Origin: Acidimicrobiia bacterium
GTDB lineage: Bacteria > Actinomycetota > Acidimicrobiia > UBA2766
Direction: 5' to 3'
DNA length: 64,000 bases
Assembly: GCA_046331095.1 (NCBI GenBank)
Contig: JAXLRM010000004.1
Coordinates: 68,316-132,315, forward strand
Shown: positions 54,656-63,475 of the stretch, in pieces
How positions within the stretch are numbered: position 1 is the first letter of the stretch
Layout of the letters: each line of letters begins with the position of its first letter
Notes under the pieces: model-generated
The model's database searches: none
The model's input: the letters and a program-made list of their open reading frames with translations, nothing else
What the model was told of the DNA's origin: nothing
Translations under genes and position numbers: made by a program

Positions 54656-55260
54656 CAGAAGGAAGAGGCATGGAGTCGATGACCGAAGCCGAGTTGGCCG
54701 AAGCCGACCGCCAACTGACCAAGGCCTGGTGGTTGTTCCTCGTCACCGGTATCGCGTGGGTGATCGTCGCCTGCGTCGTGCTCGCGTGGAAGCCCGGTAG
54801 TGCGGCGCTCATCGGCTACATGACCGGCTTCGTGCTCATCCTCGCCGGAGTCAACGAGTTCGTGGCGATCGGGTTCGCAGCGTCGTGGAAGTGGCTCCAC
54901 GGTGTGCTCGGCGGCCTGTTCGTCGTTGCCGGGATCCTGGCGGTGCTGGCGCCGTTCCAGACCTTCGGCATCCTCGCGTTGCTGATCGGCTGGTACCTGC
55001 TGCTCAAGGGTTTCGCGGACGTCATCTTCAGCATCGTCGAGCGCGACGTGCTGAGCCTGTGGGGGCTGCTCCTCGCCGCGGGGATCGTCGAGATGGTGAT
55101 CGGGGTCTGGGCCATCGGGTATCCGGGCCGTTCCGCGTGGCTCCTCATCGTGTGGGTCGGCATCGGCGCCCTCATCCGAGGTGTCACCGAGATCATCCTG
55201 GCGTTCAAGCTGCGCGGCGGGCGCAACCGGCCGCCCTCCGCGCCGGTCGCGATCGCATGA
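54652..55260 (+). CDS. HdeD/DUF308-family membrane protein
   Basis: 202 aa. Six hydrophobic spans with a repeated GxxxxxxG pattern (WWLFLVTGIAWVIVACVVLAW, GFVLILAGVNEFV, LIGWYLLLKGFADVI, VWVGIGALIRGVTEIILAF). Confidence 0.85.
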   Translation: MTEGRGMESMTEAELAEADRQLTKAWWLFLVTGIAWVIVACVVLAWKPGSAALIGYMTGFVLILAGVNEFVAIGFAASWKWLHGVLGGLFVVAGILAVLAPFQTFGILALLIGWYLLLKGFADVIFSIVERDVLSLWGLLLAAGIVEMVIGVWAIGYPGRSAWLLIVWVGIGALIRGVTEIILAFKLRGGRNRPPSAPVAIA

Positions 55261-55288
55261 CCCGTCCCCTGACGAGCCAAGGACCACG

Positions 55289-55708
55289 ATGACCAGGAAC
55301 AAGCTCACGATCACGTCGATCGCGGCCGTCACGGCCCTCGCACTGGTGGTAGGCGGCTGCAGCCAGCGCTATTCCGCCGAAAGAGACGGCAAGAAGCTCG
55401 GCGAAGCGGTCTGCGACCTGCGCAAGGCCACCACCAAAGAAGACGCCCAGAAGGCGCTGGACGACATCGACAACCAGCTCGACGACCTCGGCAACAAGCA
55501 CGCCTTGTTCACCGCCGAGGACCGCCGCGACGTGCAGAACAACCTCGCCGATCTGCACGAACACGCCATCCAGGGCAACACAGCGCTGATGCAACAGGAC
55601 CTCGTGGTGCTCGAGCGCAGCATCAAGAACATCGCAAACGATTCCAACGAGGTTTCCCGGGCGGCGTGGGAAGGGGCGCTCGAAGGCATGGCCGACTGCA
55701 CCCAGTAG
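55289..55708 (+). CDS. lipoprotein, helical, unknown function
   Basis: 139 aa from ATG 55289. Lipobox LVVGGC after a hydrophobic signal (ITSIAAVTALA). Confidence 0.75.
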   Translation: MTRNKLTITSIAAVTALALVVGGCSQRYSAERDGKKLGEAVCDLRKATTKEDAQKALDDIDNQLDDLGNKHALFTAEDRRDVQNNLADLHEHAIQGNTALMQQDLVVLERSIKNIANDSNEVSRAAWEGALEGMADCTQ

Positions 55709-55860
55709 CACCTCCACGGCCCCGGACGGTTGACTGCCGTCCAGCCCCGCCGGCTGCGGCGGGAGCTACCTTCGAGCGGCGAGACCACGAGCGATGTCCG
55801 AACGCCTCGGTGACCGCCGTGCGGCGTGGCCCGCTCCGAGATCCAGAGGTGGTGACCGCA

Positions 55861-56172
55861 ATGGGGGACCAGCCTGATCCCGAGACCGACGATCAACCCG
55901 AGCAGGGCCCACACCCGAACGCGGCGCCGGCCGGTCCCTATCCAGGCCGACTCGACGAGCGGCTCCTCACCCCACGGGCACCGCTGCCACCGGGGGCGGG
56001 GGTGCGGGTGCTGCCGGTCGCGGTGGATCCCGTCCTGGGGTCGTCGGCTCCGCCCACTTGGGCACCGGACCCCACCGGCCGCCACCAGTGGCGCTGGTGG
56101 GGCGGACTCGCGTGGACCGAGCACGTGGCCGACGACGGCGTGGCGGCGCTGGATCCGCTCGAGCCGGGTTGA
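55861..56172 (+). CDS. DUF2510-domain protein
   Basis: 103 aa. Pro-rich N-terminus, then WAPDPTGRHQWRWWGGLAWTEHV, the DUF2510 signature (W.PDP.GRH..R(Y/W)WDG..WT). Confidence 0.7.
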   Translation: MGDQPDPETDDQPEQGPHPNAAPAGPYPGRLDERLLTPRAPLPPGAGVRVLPVAVDPVLGSSAPPTWAPDPTGRHQWRWWGGLAWTEHVADDGVAALDPLEPG

Positions 56173-56260
56173 CGCCCGAATCGGAGGCTTCGCTCCGGTT
56201 CGATGTGAACACGTGTGTTCGTTAGATTTCGGCTGCTGATCTCATGGAGAGGGAACAGGT

Positions 56261-56701
56261 ATGGACGTTGCCGACGTGACCGGACCGATCGACTTCCTGT
56301 TGTTGGAGTTCGATCCCGCCAAGACCGACGGTTCCGTTGCCGCGGCACTGGGAGACCTCGTCGATCGCGGCATCGTGGCCCTCTACGACTTCCTCGTCGT
56401 GGTCAAGGCCGAGGACGGCAGCGTCGCCGCGGTCGACATCGGCCCCGACGAGCTCGGGGGCTTCAGCGTCTTCGTAGGTGCACGCTCGGGGCTCATGGGC
56501 GACGACGACATCGCCGAGGCAGGCAAGGCGCTCGAGCCGGGGCGCGCCGCCGCACTGTTGGTGTACGAGAACACGTGGGCGATCCCGTTCATCGCCGCGG
56601 CCCGTGGCGCCGATGCCGAGGTCGTGGCGACCGCCCGCATCCCGTCCGATGTGGTGATGGCGGTCCTCGATGTCCTCGAGGCCGCCGACGAGACGAACTG
56701 A
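56261..56701 (+). CDS. DUF6325-family protein
   Basis: 146 aa. The opening GPIDFLLLEFDPAKTDGSVAAALGDLVDRGIVALYDFLVVVKAEDGSV matches the family pattern recalled from memory. Confidence 0.78.
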   Translation: MDVADVTGPIDFLLLEFDPAKTDGSVAAALGDLVDRGIVALYDFLVVVKAEDGSVAAVDIGPDELGGFSVFVGARSGLMGDDDIAEAGKALEPGRAAALLVYENTWAIPFIAAARGADAEVVATARIPSDVVMAVLDVLEAADETN

Positions 56702-56714
56702 CAGGAGGACGACC

Positions 56715-57026
56715 ATGCCCGGATTGCTCAGAGGAATTGCCCGCACTGCGGTCGTGGCCGGTACGGCATCGGCGGTCAGCGGGCGGGTGCAGCGCCGCCA
56801 AGCGGAGAAGTTCGCCGACCGGGACGCGCAGATCTATGCGGACCGCCAGCAGGCCTACGCGCAGCAGGCCGCCCCCGCGTACCCACCGCCTGCAGCAGCG
56901 CCGGCACCGGCCCCGGCGCCCCAGACGGACGTGATCGACCAACTCCAGAAGCTGGGCGAGCTCCACTCCCAGGGCATCCTCACGGACGAGGAGTTCGCGG
57001 CCCAGAAGGCCAAGCTCCTCGCCTAG
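56715..57026 (+). CDS. SHOCT-domain protein
   Basis: 103 aa from ATG 56715 (SD AGGAGG at 56703-08). C-terminal SHOCT motif IDQLQKLGELHSQGILTDEEFAAQKAKLL. Confidence 0.85.
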   Translation: MPGLLRGIARTAVVAGTASAVSGRVQRRQAEKFADRDAQIYADRQQAYAQQAAPAYPPPAAAPAPAPAPQTDVIDQLQKLGELHSQGILTDEEFAAQKAKLLA

Positions 57027-57049
57027 TCGCCGGCCGGCTGCCAGCCGGG

Positions 57050-58120
57050 TCAGGGCCTGGTGGTGGCGACCGGACGCGTCGTGGTCGTAGTCGTGGTCGT
57101 CGTCGTCGGCGCGCTGGTCGCCGCGGTCGTCTCCGGCGGCGTGCCGGCGGGCCGGTACAGCAGCGCCGCCAGCGTCGCCGGGTCGATCGTGCCCGTGGGC
57201 GGCAGGTTCTGGGCGTTCTGGTAGGCGACGACGGCGTCCTCGAGCGCGGGGCTCCACTTGCCGTCGATGGGGCCGCTGTAGAAGCCGGCGGCGGTCAGCG
57301 CGCCCTGGAGGGCCGCGACGTTCAACGCCTGCTGCTGCGCGTGCGCCCCGAGGGCGTCGGACAGAGCCCGTTCGGTGGCGGGATCGACGACGCCGGTCTC
57401 GGGTAGCCCCGCCGACGCCTGCAGCGACTTCACAGCAGTCACGGTGAGCGGGCCGTAGATCCCGTCGACCGCCCCCGTGTAGAAGCCGAGAGTCGCGAGA
57501 TCCTGTTGCAGCCCGGTCACGTAGTCGTTGACCGCCTTCTGGCCGGCGGCACTGCCGGGCAGGCAACCGGCGTCCACGAACAGCGCCACGTACGCCTGCT
57601 CGACGCCGAACGCGGCGCTCGCCAGTTCGGCGGTCGCAGCGCGCAAGGTCGTGCCGGGGGTGACGCCCGCCACCGCCGCCGTCCACGCCTGCTCGGCGCG
57701 GTCGATCGCGTCGAGGTGCGCCTGGGGCGACTTCGTCGCCAGCACGCTGGTCGTGGTCGGTTGTGCGGTCGTGGTCGGTTGTGCGGTCGTGGAGCTGGTG
57801 CCCGCCGGCGCGGTCGCAGGGGCGTTGGCCGCCGCTATCGCGTCCGCGAGTTCGTTGGCGGAGCTCCTCACGCGGACGCCCACGTCGGCGAGCGCGTTCG
57901 CGTCGTTCTGCACGTCGCCGACCGTGATCGGCTCCTCGGCGAAGATCCGCCCGTAGCGGTCGAGGATCGGGATCGCGTCGCCGAGGTCCGAGCAGAACTT
58001 GGCGCGGGCTTGTTCCACCGGGATCGTCGTCGTCCCGCTCGAGCCGGTGTTGCTGCTGCAGCCGCCGACGGCAAGTGCAGCTGCGACCGCCGCTGCCGTC
58101 CCGAGACCTCTCCACCCCAT
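57050..58120 (-). CDS. lipoprotein with two peptidoglycan-binding (PG_binding_1) domains
   Basis: 356 aa from ATG 58120 (MGWRGLGTAAAVAAALAVGGC lipobox). Two LGFYTG.VDGIYGP.T..A / AGFYSGPIDGKWSP units. Thr-rich linkers. Confidence 0.85.
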   Translation of the reverse strand: MGWRGLGTAAAVAAALAVGGCSSNTGSSGTTTIPVEQARAKFCSDLGDAIPILDRYGRIFAEEPITVGDVQNDANALADVGVRVRSSANELADAIAAANAPATAPAGTSSTTAQPTTTAQPTTTSVLATKSPQAHLDAIDRAEQAWTAAVAGVTPGTTLRAATAELASAAFGVEQAYVALFVDAGCLPGSAAGQKAVNDYVTGLQQDLATLGFYTGAVDGIYGPLTVTAVKSLQASAGLPETGVVDPATERALSDALGAHAQQQALNVAALQGALTAAGFYSGPIDGKWSPALEDAVVAYQNAQNLPPTGTIDPATLAALLYRPAGTPPETTAATSAPTTTTTTTTTTRPVATTRP

Positions 58121-58251
58121 GGTGCGCACGGCCGGTTCTCCTGGATGTAGACGAGCGTCCACATGCTAGCGCCGTGTCGACCATGTGTGTGCCGGCGCAG
58201 CTCGGCTCGTCGCTACCGCGCAGCACAGCTGCCGTGACGCCCCGACGGCCT

Positions 58252-59571
58252 TCAGGAGGTGCCGGAGCTCCTGCGGCTTGCCTCGTCGCGGTGCGCACGC
58301 ACGCTGGCCCAGATGAACTCGAGGACGATGGAGAGCACGAGGACGCCAACCATGGCCCAGAACGTCGCGGGGTTCGCGTGGATCGTCTCGATTGCATGGG
58401 AGACCACCGCGATGATGCTGACGACGATGGCGACGGCGATGACTGCTGAGTTGGACCCGGTTTCGCGGCGAAGCTTCATGCCGGCGACAGCGACCATCAC
58501 GAATATGGCCAGGGCGACCACGCTGCCGATGGAGGCGATGGCGCTGATGTCGGCCACGGTGGCCAGCACGAGCACGGCAACGGCGGTGATCCCGAGTCCC
58601 TTGGTGCCACCGATGATGCCCGGGCGGCCGAACACGGGTGGGAACTGCCGCTCGGCGGACAACATCGACGTCGCCCCGACGGCGCCGTAGAGGTTGGCGT
58701 TGATCGAAGACGACGTGGCCAGGAGGGCTGCCACGGCCATCAAGGCGTATCCGATGTCGCCGAGGATGGGACGGATGGCCTCGGCCAGCGCGGTACCGCC
58801 GCTCGCGACCACCTCGTCGACTGTGAGCGTGCCGAAGACCCCGATCGAGATCAGGACGTAGAGAGCCGCGGTGATCCCGAGAGAGAGATAGAGGGCCTTG
58901 GGCATGTCCTTGGCCGGATCGGCGAGGTCGCTTCCCGTGTAGGTGATGACGGCGAAGCCCAGATAGGCGAAGAACGTGAGCGCGACGCTGGCAAGGATGT
59001 CGCCTCGGGGCGGGTAGGTCGACGGTGACAGGAGTTGTGTGTCGATCCGGGCGACGGTCAAGACGATGAACACGGCGAACACGACGAGCAGGATGACCAC
59101 GATCGAGGACGCGATCCGGTCGACGAGCTTCGTGCCCACGATGTTGACGAGGGCGAGAACGGCGATGGCGCCGATCGTGAACAGCTTCGCGGCGGTGCCG
59201 GTGCCATCCGGTCCGAAGAACAGCGCGGCCGCGTAGTTGCCGAACGACAGCGACACCATGGCAGTGACGATGACGACGGAGAAGTACAGGAGCCAGGACA
59301 GGATTCCGGACAGGTGGCCCTTGCCGAAGCCCTCTTCCAAGAAGGTGAGAAGCCCGCCGGAGGACGGGTAGCGAGTACCGAGCTTGGCGACCACGTATCC
59401 GAGCAGACCCGCCACGACCCCGCCGAGCACGAACGACACCCACACTGCTGAGCCGGCGATCGCCCCTGCCTCGCCGAGGAGGGTGAAGATGCCGGCCCCG
59501 ACCATCGCGCCGATGCCGAGGGACACCGCTCCACGGACGGTCATCGCCTGACCGCCTCCGGCTTCACCCAC
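58252..59571 (-). CDS. APC-superfamily amino acid permease
   Basis: 439 aa, 12 hydrophobic spans. N-terminal motif SLGIGAMVGAGIFTLLGEA. Confidence 0.9.
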   Translation of the reverse strand: MGEAGGGQAMTVRGAVSLGIGAMVGAGIFTLLGEAGAIAGSAVWVSFVLGGVVAGLLGYVVAKLGTRYPSSGGLLTFLEEGFGKGHLSGILSWLLYFSVVIVTAMVSLSFGNYAAALFFGPDGTGTAAKLFTIGAIAVLALVNIVGTKLVDRIASSIVVILLVVFAVFIVLTVARIDTQLLSPSTYPPRGDILASVALTFFAYLGFAVITYTGSDLADPAKDMPKALYLSLGITAALYVLISIGVFGTLTVDEVVASGGTALAEAIRPILGDIGYALMAVAALLATSSSINANLYGAVGATSMLSAERQFPPVFGRPGIIGGTKGLGITAVAVLVLATVADISAIASIGSVVALAIFVMVAVAGMKLRRETGSNSAVIAVAIVVSIIAVVSHAIETIHANPATFWAMVGVLVLSIVLEFIWASVRAHRDEASRRSSGTS

Positions 59572-59583
59572 GTCGCATCACTC

Positions 59584-59949
59584 TCAGTCGTCGTCGGCGC
59601 CGGCCCACGCGATTGCCTCGGGCAACTCGGCGAGCGGGAACAGGCGGAACTTGCCCGGCATCATCCAGCCGAACATGCTGGCGAAGTGCTCGATCCACTC
59701 CACGTCGGACACGAGCGCGGTCCGCTTCCAGTCCTTCAGGTGCCCGAGGCCGAGCTTGGCGTCTTCCCAGGTGGCGCCGCTCGAGTAACCCTCGAAGCGG
59801 TCGCCCAGCACGTACACCAACCGCACCCCCGCCGTGCTCGCGGCCTCGACCGCAGGCCGCAGCGTCGTGTCGTAGTCGGCGGAGTGGATCTCCCCGACGG
59901 CTTCGAAGCCGATCACGCCGTCAGGCAGGTCCACCAACGGTTCGAGCAT
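59584..59949 (-). CDS. STAS/SpoIIAA-like (DUF3478-type) protein
   Basis: 121 aa. ..DGVIGFEAVGEIHSADY.. and ..DWKRTALVSDVEWIEH.. match the SpoIIAA-like family recalled from memory. 12 nt upstream of the permease gene. Confidence 0.78.
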   Translation of the reverse strand: MLEPLVDLPDGVIGFEAVGEIHSADYDTTLRPAVEAASTAGVRLVYVLGDRFEGYSSGATWEDAKLGLGHLKDWKRTALVSDVEWIEHFASMFGWMMPGKFRLFPLAELPEAIAWAGADDD

Positions 59950-60207
59950 CCGCGAGCCTCCCTCGTCATTCCGTCCGTCCCGGCGACCGCCACCACGACG
60001 TTGTCTACCGGAACCCGCCGACGTGTCGCCAGGCCCCGGGGCTCGCCAATCACCGACGCTCGTGCACGAACCGGCAACCGAGCTCGCCCTGGTGGTGATC
60101 CTCGGGCTCAGCGTCGTGGTCGACCTTGCCTGGACGGCACGGCGCGACCAGGCGGCGCCTCCTGTTCCGTAGGGTGGTGCATGCGCGACGGCGGGAGTCC
60201 GACGGCC

Positions 60208-61053
60208 TCAGTAGAGGTTGGGGACCCGGTGCCACTCGTGTGGCGGTTCGCGGTAGTCGCCGGGTTCCTGGCGCCTGGGCAGCTTCACGTCCTTGTGCGG
60301 TGTGCGCTCGTAGGGGATGTGGTCGAGGAGGTGGCTGATGATGTTGAGCCGCGCCCGCTTCTTGTCGTTGGAGTCTGCGACGAACCAGGGCGCCCACGCG
60401 GTGTCGGTCGCCGCGAACATGTCGTCACGGGCGCGGGAGTAGTCGTACCAGCGGCTGTAGGACTCGAGGTCCATCGGCGAGAGCTTCCAGGTCTTGCGGC
60501 CGTCGTCGATGCGGGCCTCCAGGCGGCGGGTCTGCTCGTCCTCGTCGACCTCCAGCCAGTACTTCAACAAGATGATGCCCGAGTCGACCATGGCCTGTTC
60601 CACCGCCGGCACCATCCTCAGGAACCGCTGCACCTGAGCGTCCGTGGCGAAGCCCATGACACGCTCGACGCCGGCGCGGTTGTACCAGGACCGGTCGAAG
60701 ACCACGACCTCGCCCGCTGCGGGGAAGTGCGCGATGTAGCGCTGGACGTACATCTGGCTCTTCTCGCGTTCGGTCGGCGCCGGGAGCGCGACGACGCGGA
60801 ACACCCGCGGGCTGACACGCTCGGTGATGCGCTTGATGACGCCGCCCTTGCCGGCGGTGTCGCGGCCCTCGAAGACGACGCAGACCTTCGCGCCGGCGGC
60901 GACCACCCAGTCCTGGAGGTGGACGAGCTCGACCTGCAGGCGGGCCAGCTCGCGCTCGTAGTCCTTGCGCGACAGCTTGGCCGCGGTGCCCGCGTCGGGC
61001 CCCCCACGATCAGGACCCGGGTGGTGCTCGGCCTCGTGCTTGTGCTTGGCCAT
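60208..61053 (-). CDS. ppk2: polyphosphate kinase 2
   Basis: 281 aa from ATG 61053. Walker A FEGRDTAGKGG. PPK2 motifs RSWYNRAGVERV and WKLSPMD. Confidence 0.92.
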   Translation of the reverse strand: MAKHKHEAEHHPGPDRGGPDAGTAAKLSRKDYERELARLQVELVHLQDWVVAAGAKVCVVFEGRDTAGKGGVIKRITERVSPRVFRVVALPAPTEREKSQMYVQRYIAHFPAAGEVVVFDRSWYNRAGVERVMGFATDAQVQRFLRMVPAVEQAMVDSGIILLKYWLEVDEDEQTRRLEARIDDGRKTWKLSPMDLESYSRWYDYSRARDDMFAATDTAWAPWFVADSNDKKRARLNIISHLLDHIPYERTPHKDVKLPRRQEPGDYREPPHEWHRVPNLY

Positions 61054-61187
61054 CGGGGATGCCTGCCTCCCTCGGGGGACGGTCGACCCTCGGATCGCCC
61101 CACGTCCTCTTCTGCTCGGGGCCGGCATCCCCCCGTTTCGCGGGCGCATCGTCTAGCAGGGGACCAGCCAGTGGAGCAGGGACGACG

Positions 61188-62897
61188 ATGAGCGTACCGG
61201 GGAAGGTCCCGCCGGCGGCCGCGAAGGGGCCCGCCGAGCGGTGGATGCCGGGCCTGATGACGTTGCGGCACTACGAGCGCGGTTGGCTGCGGCCCGACGT
61301 GGTCGCTGGTGTGGTCCTGGCCGCGATCCTCGTGCCCCAGGGCATGGCCTACGCCGAGCTCGCCGGCCTCCCTGCAGTCACCGGCCTCTACACGACGATC
61401 GCGTGCCTCGTGGCCTACGCGGTGTTCGGGCCTTCGAAGGTGCTGGTGCTCGGGCCCGATTCGTCGGTGTCGCCGCTGATCCTGGCGACGATCACGCCGC
61501 TGGTGGCGGCCGGCGATCCCGCCAAGGCGCTCGTGCTGGCCGCCATGCTCGCGGTGCTGGTCGGCTTGATCGAGATCGGGCTCGGTGTCGCCAAGCTCGG
61601 CTTCGTCGCCGACCTGCTCTCGAGCGAGGTGCGTGTCGGCTACCTCAACGGCCTCGCCGTCGTGATCATCGTGGGCCAGCTCCCCAAGCTGTTCGGGTTC
61701 TCCACCGACGCGAGCGGGTTCGTCGACGAGGTCCGCCAGTTCCTCGGGCACCTCGGCGAGACCGATCGTGCGACGTTGATCACGGGTGTGTGCGTGCTCG
61801 CCGTCCTGTTGGTCCTACCCCGCGTGACCAAGAAGGTGCCGGCGGTGCTCGTCGCCGTCGTCGGCGTCACGGTCCTCTCGGCGCTGCTCGACCTGTCGGG
61901 CGGCGGGGTCGCGACCGTGGGGGCGCTGCCCCAGGGCGTGCCCCGCCCGGCATTGCCGTGGACCGGTTGGTCCGACGTCCTCCCGCTGCTGGTGGGCGCG
62001 GTCGGCATCACGATGGTGTCGCTCACCGACACGATCGCGACGGCGTCGAGCTTCGCGGCGCGCCGCGGGGACGAGGTCGACGCGGACCAGGAGATGGTCG
62101 GCATCGGCACGGCCAACATCGCGGCCGGGCTCTTCCAGGGCTTCGCGGTCTCCGTGAGCGGCTCGCGCACCGCTGTCGCCGACCAGGCCGGTGCTCGCTC
62201 GCAGGCGACCGGGCTCGTCGGGGCAGGCCTCGTCGCCGTGCTCCTGTTGTTCCTGAACGGGCTCCTCGCCGACCTGCCCCAGACCGCGCTCGCCGCGGTC
62301 GTCATCGTCGCGGCCCTCTCGCTCATGGACCTGAATGCGTTGGCCAGGTACGCGTCCGTTCGCCCGTCCTCGCTCGCGATCAGCCTGGTCGCGTCGGCCG
62401 GGGTGATCTTCCTGGGGGTCCTCCAGGGCATCGTCGTCGCGATCGTCCTCGCAGTCCTCTTGTTCTTCCGGCGGAACTGGTGGCCCCACGGCGCCGTGTT
62501 GGGCCAGGTCCCCGAACTGGGCGGCTGGCACAGCGTCGCCGAGCACCCCGAGGCGCACCAGCTCGACGGCGTCGTCGTGTACAGGTGGGAAGCGCCGCTG
62601 TTCTTCGCCAACGCGGGCCAGTTCCGCGACCAGGTGCGCAAGCTGGTCCGCGACCACGAGCCCCGCTGGATCGTGCTCCAATGCGAGGCCGTCACCGACA
62701 TCGACGTCACCGCGGCCGAGATCGTGCGCGACCTCGACGAGGAGCTCAACGCCAAGGGCATCCACGTCGCCTTCGTGGAGCTGCGCGACCGCCTCCACGA
62801 CCTGATCCGGCGCTACGGCCTTCACACGACCCTCGACCAGGAGCACTTCTACCCGAGCCTCGACCGGGCCCTCGACGACATCGCACCCACGGACTGA
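61188..62897 (+). CDS. SulP-family anion transporter with C-terminal STAS domain
   Basis: 569 aa from ATG 61188. SulP N-terminus (LRPDVVAGVVLAAILVPQGMAYAELAGLP). C-terminal STAS (VVVYRWEAPLFFANAGQF..). Confidence 0.92.
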   Translation: MSVPGKVPPAAAKGPAERWMPGLMTLRHYERGWLRPDVVAGVVLAAILVPQGMAYAELAGLPAVTGLYTTIACLVAYAVFGPSKVLVLGPDSSVSPLILATITPLVAAGDPAKALVLAAMLAVLVGLIEIGLGVAKLGFVADLLSSEVRVGYLNGLAVVIIVGQLPKLFGFSTDASGFVDEVRQFLGHLGETDRATLITGVCVLAVLLVLPRVTKKVPAVLVAVVGVTVLSALLDLSGGGVATVGALPQGVPRPALPWTGWSDVLPLLVGAVGITMVSLTDTIATASSFAARRGDEVDADQEMVGIGTANIAAGLFQGFAVSVSGSRTAVADQAGARSQATGLVGAGLVAVLLLFLNGLLADLPQTALAAVVIVAALSLMDLNALARYASVRPSSLAISLVASAGVIFLGVLQGIVVAIVLAVLLFFRRNWWPHGAVLGQVPELGGWHSVAEHPEAHQLDGVVVYRWEAPLFFANAGQFRDQVRKLVRDHEPRWIVLQCEAVTDIDVTAAEIVRDLDEELNAKGIHVAFVELRDRLHDLIRRYGLHTTLDQEHFYPSLDRALDDIAPTD

Positions 62898-63019
62898 CCG
62901 GAGCCGAAGTCGGGAATAACCCGGTTGGTGTGATCTTGAGGCTTTGAAAGCGGATTGGGAACTGCTGTCCGGATAGGGTCGTGGTCCGCAAGAACCGACC
63001 ACTCCTCGAGGAGGCAGCC

Positions 63020-63088
63020 GTGGCGAAGAAGGCCAAGAAGGCCAAGAAGAAGGACAAGAAGAAGAAGGGCAACAAGAAGAAGAAGTAG
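63020..63088 (+). CDS. candidate 22-codon lysine-rich small ORF
   Basis: GTG 63020 lies 5 nt after SD GAGGAGG (63008-14). Encodes MAKKAKKAKKKDKKKKGNKKKK* (15 Lys, all AAG). No homology claim possible. Confidence 0.35.
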   Translation: MAKKAKKAKKKDKKKKGNKKKK

Positions 63089-63091
63089 CCC

Positions 63092-63391
63092 CTAGCCGCC
63101 CGACCCCTGGCCAGCCTGGCTGGAAGCGGCGAGCCGGGGGCGGCGGTCGCGGGTGAAGACGCCCTTCTTGTTGCCGTCGACGCGGATCACCGACGGGGCC
63201 GTGGCGAAGTCCGCGAAGTTCCACACGTGCTCGCCGACGACGGCGTCGACGCGGTCGAAGACGCGGTGGTAGCGCTCGAGCAGGTCGGCCTGGTACTCCT
63301 CGCTCCACGGCGACGACTCCGCCGTGTGCAGGCCCGCGATGGTGTCGGCGCCGTACTCGGTGACGAACGCCGCTGCGATCGCGACCGGCAC
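63092..63391 (-). pseudogene. 3' fragment of a GH2 beta-glucuronidase gene
   Basis: 99 codons. ..TEYGADTIAGLH..WSEEYQ..YHRVFDRVDAVVGEHVWNFADFAT..RVDGNKKGVFTRDRRPR align by eye to the last ~100 residues of E. coli UidA. The upstream ~500 codons are absent; a stop and a low-GC junction lie at 63392-63430. Confidence 0.75.
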
Positions 63392-63430
63392 CTCGATTCC
63401 GTCGAGGCGGACACGAGCTCCGGGCTAATG

Positions 63431-63458
63431 TATGTCGAGACATGCATGTTACGACATA
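63431..63458. promoter_or_regulatory. 28-bp near-palindrome upstream of the MBL-fold gene (candidate operator)
   Basis: TATGTCGagACATGCATGTtaCGACATA has 24 of 28 positions self-complementary. It ends 17 nt before ATG 63476, in a local low-GC patch. Confidence 0.4.
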
Positions 63459-63475
63459 TAAAGAGGGGGCCCCGG

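Noticed and set aside
62746-63075. 109-aa minus-strand ORF starting MLPFFFLSFFLAFLAFF
   Set aside because: The F/L-rich start is just the antisense reading of the AAG-rich tract. The remainder is an R/G-rich shadow of the SulP gene end.
63020-63088. Lys-rich sORF as a lysine-sensing attenuation leader peptide
   Set aside because: There is no downstream same-strand gene within reach: the next element is an opposite-strand gene relic. I see no terminator/antiterminator pair after the sORF.
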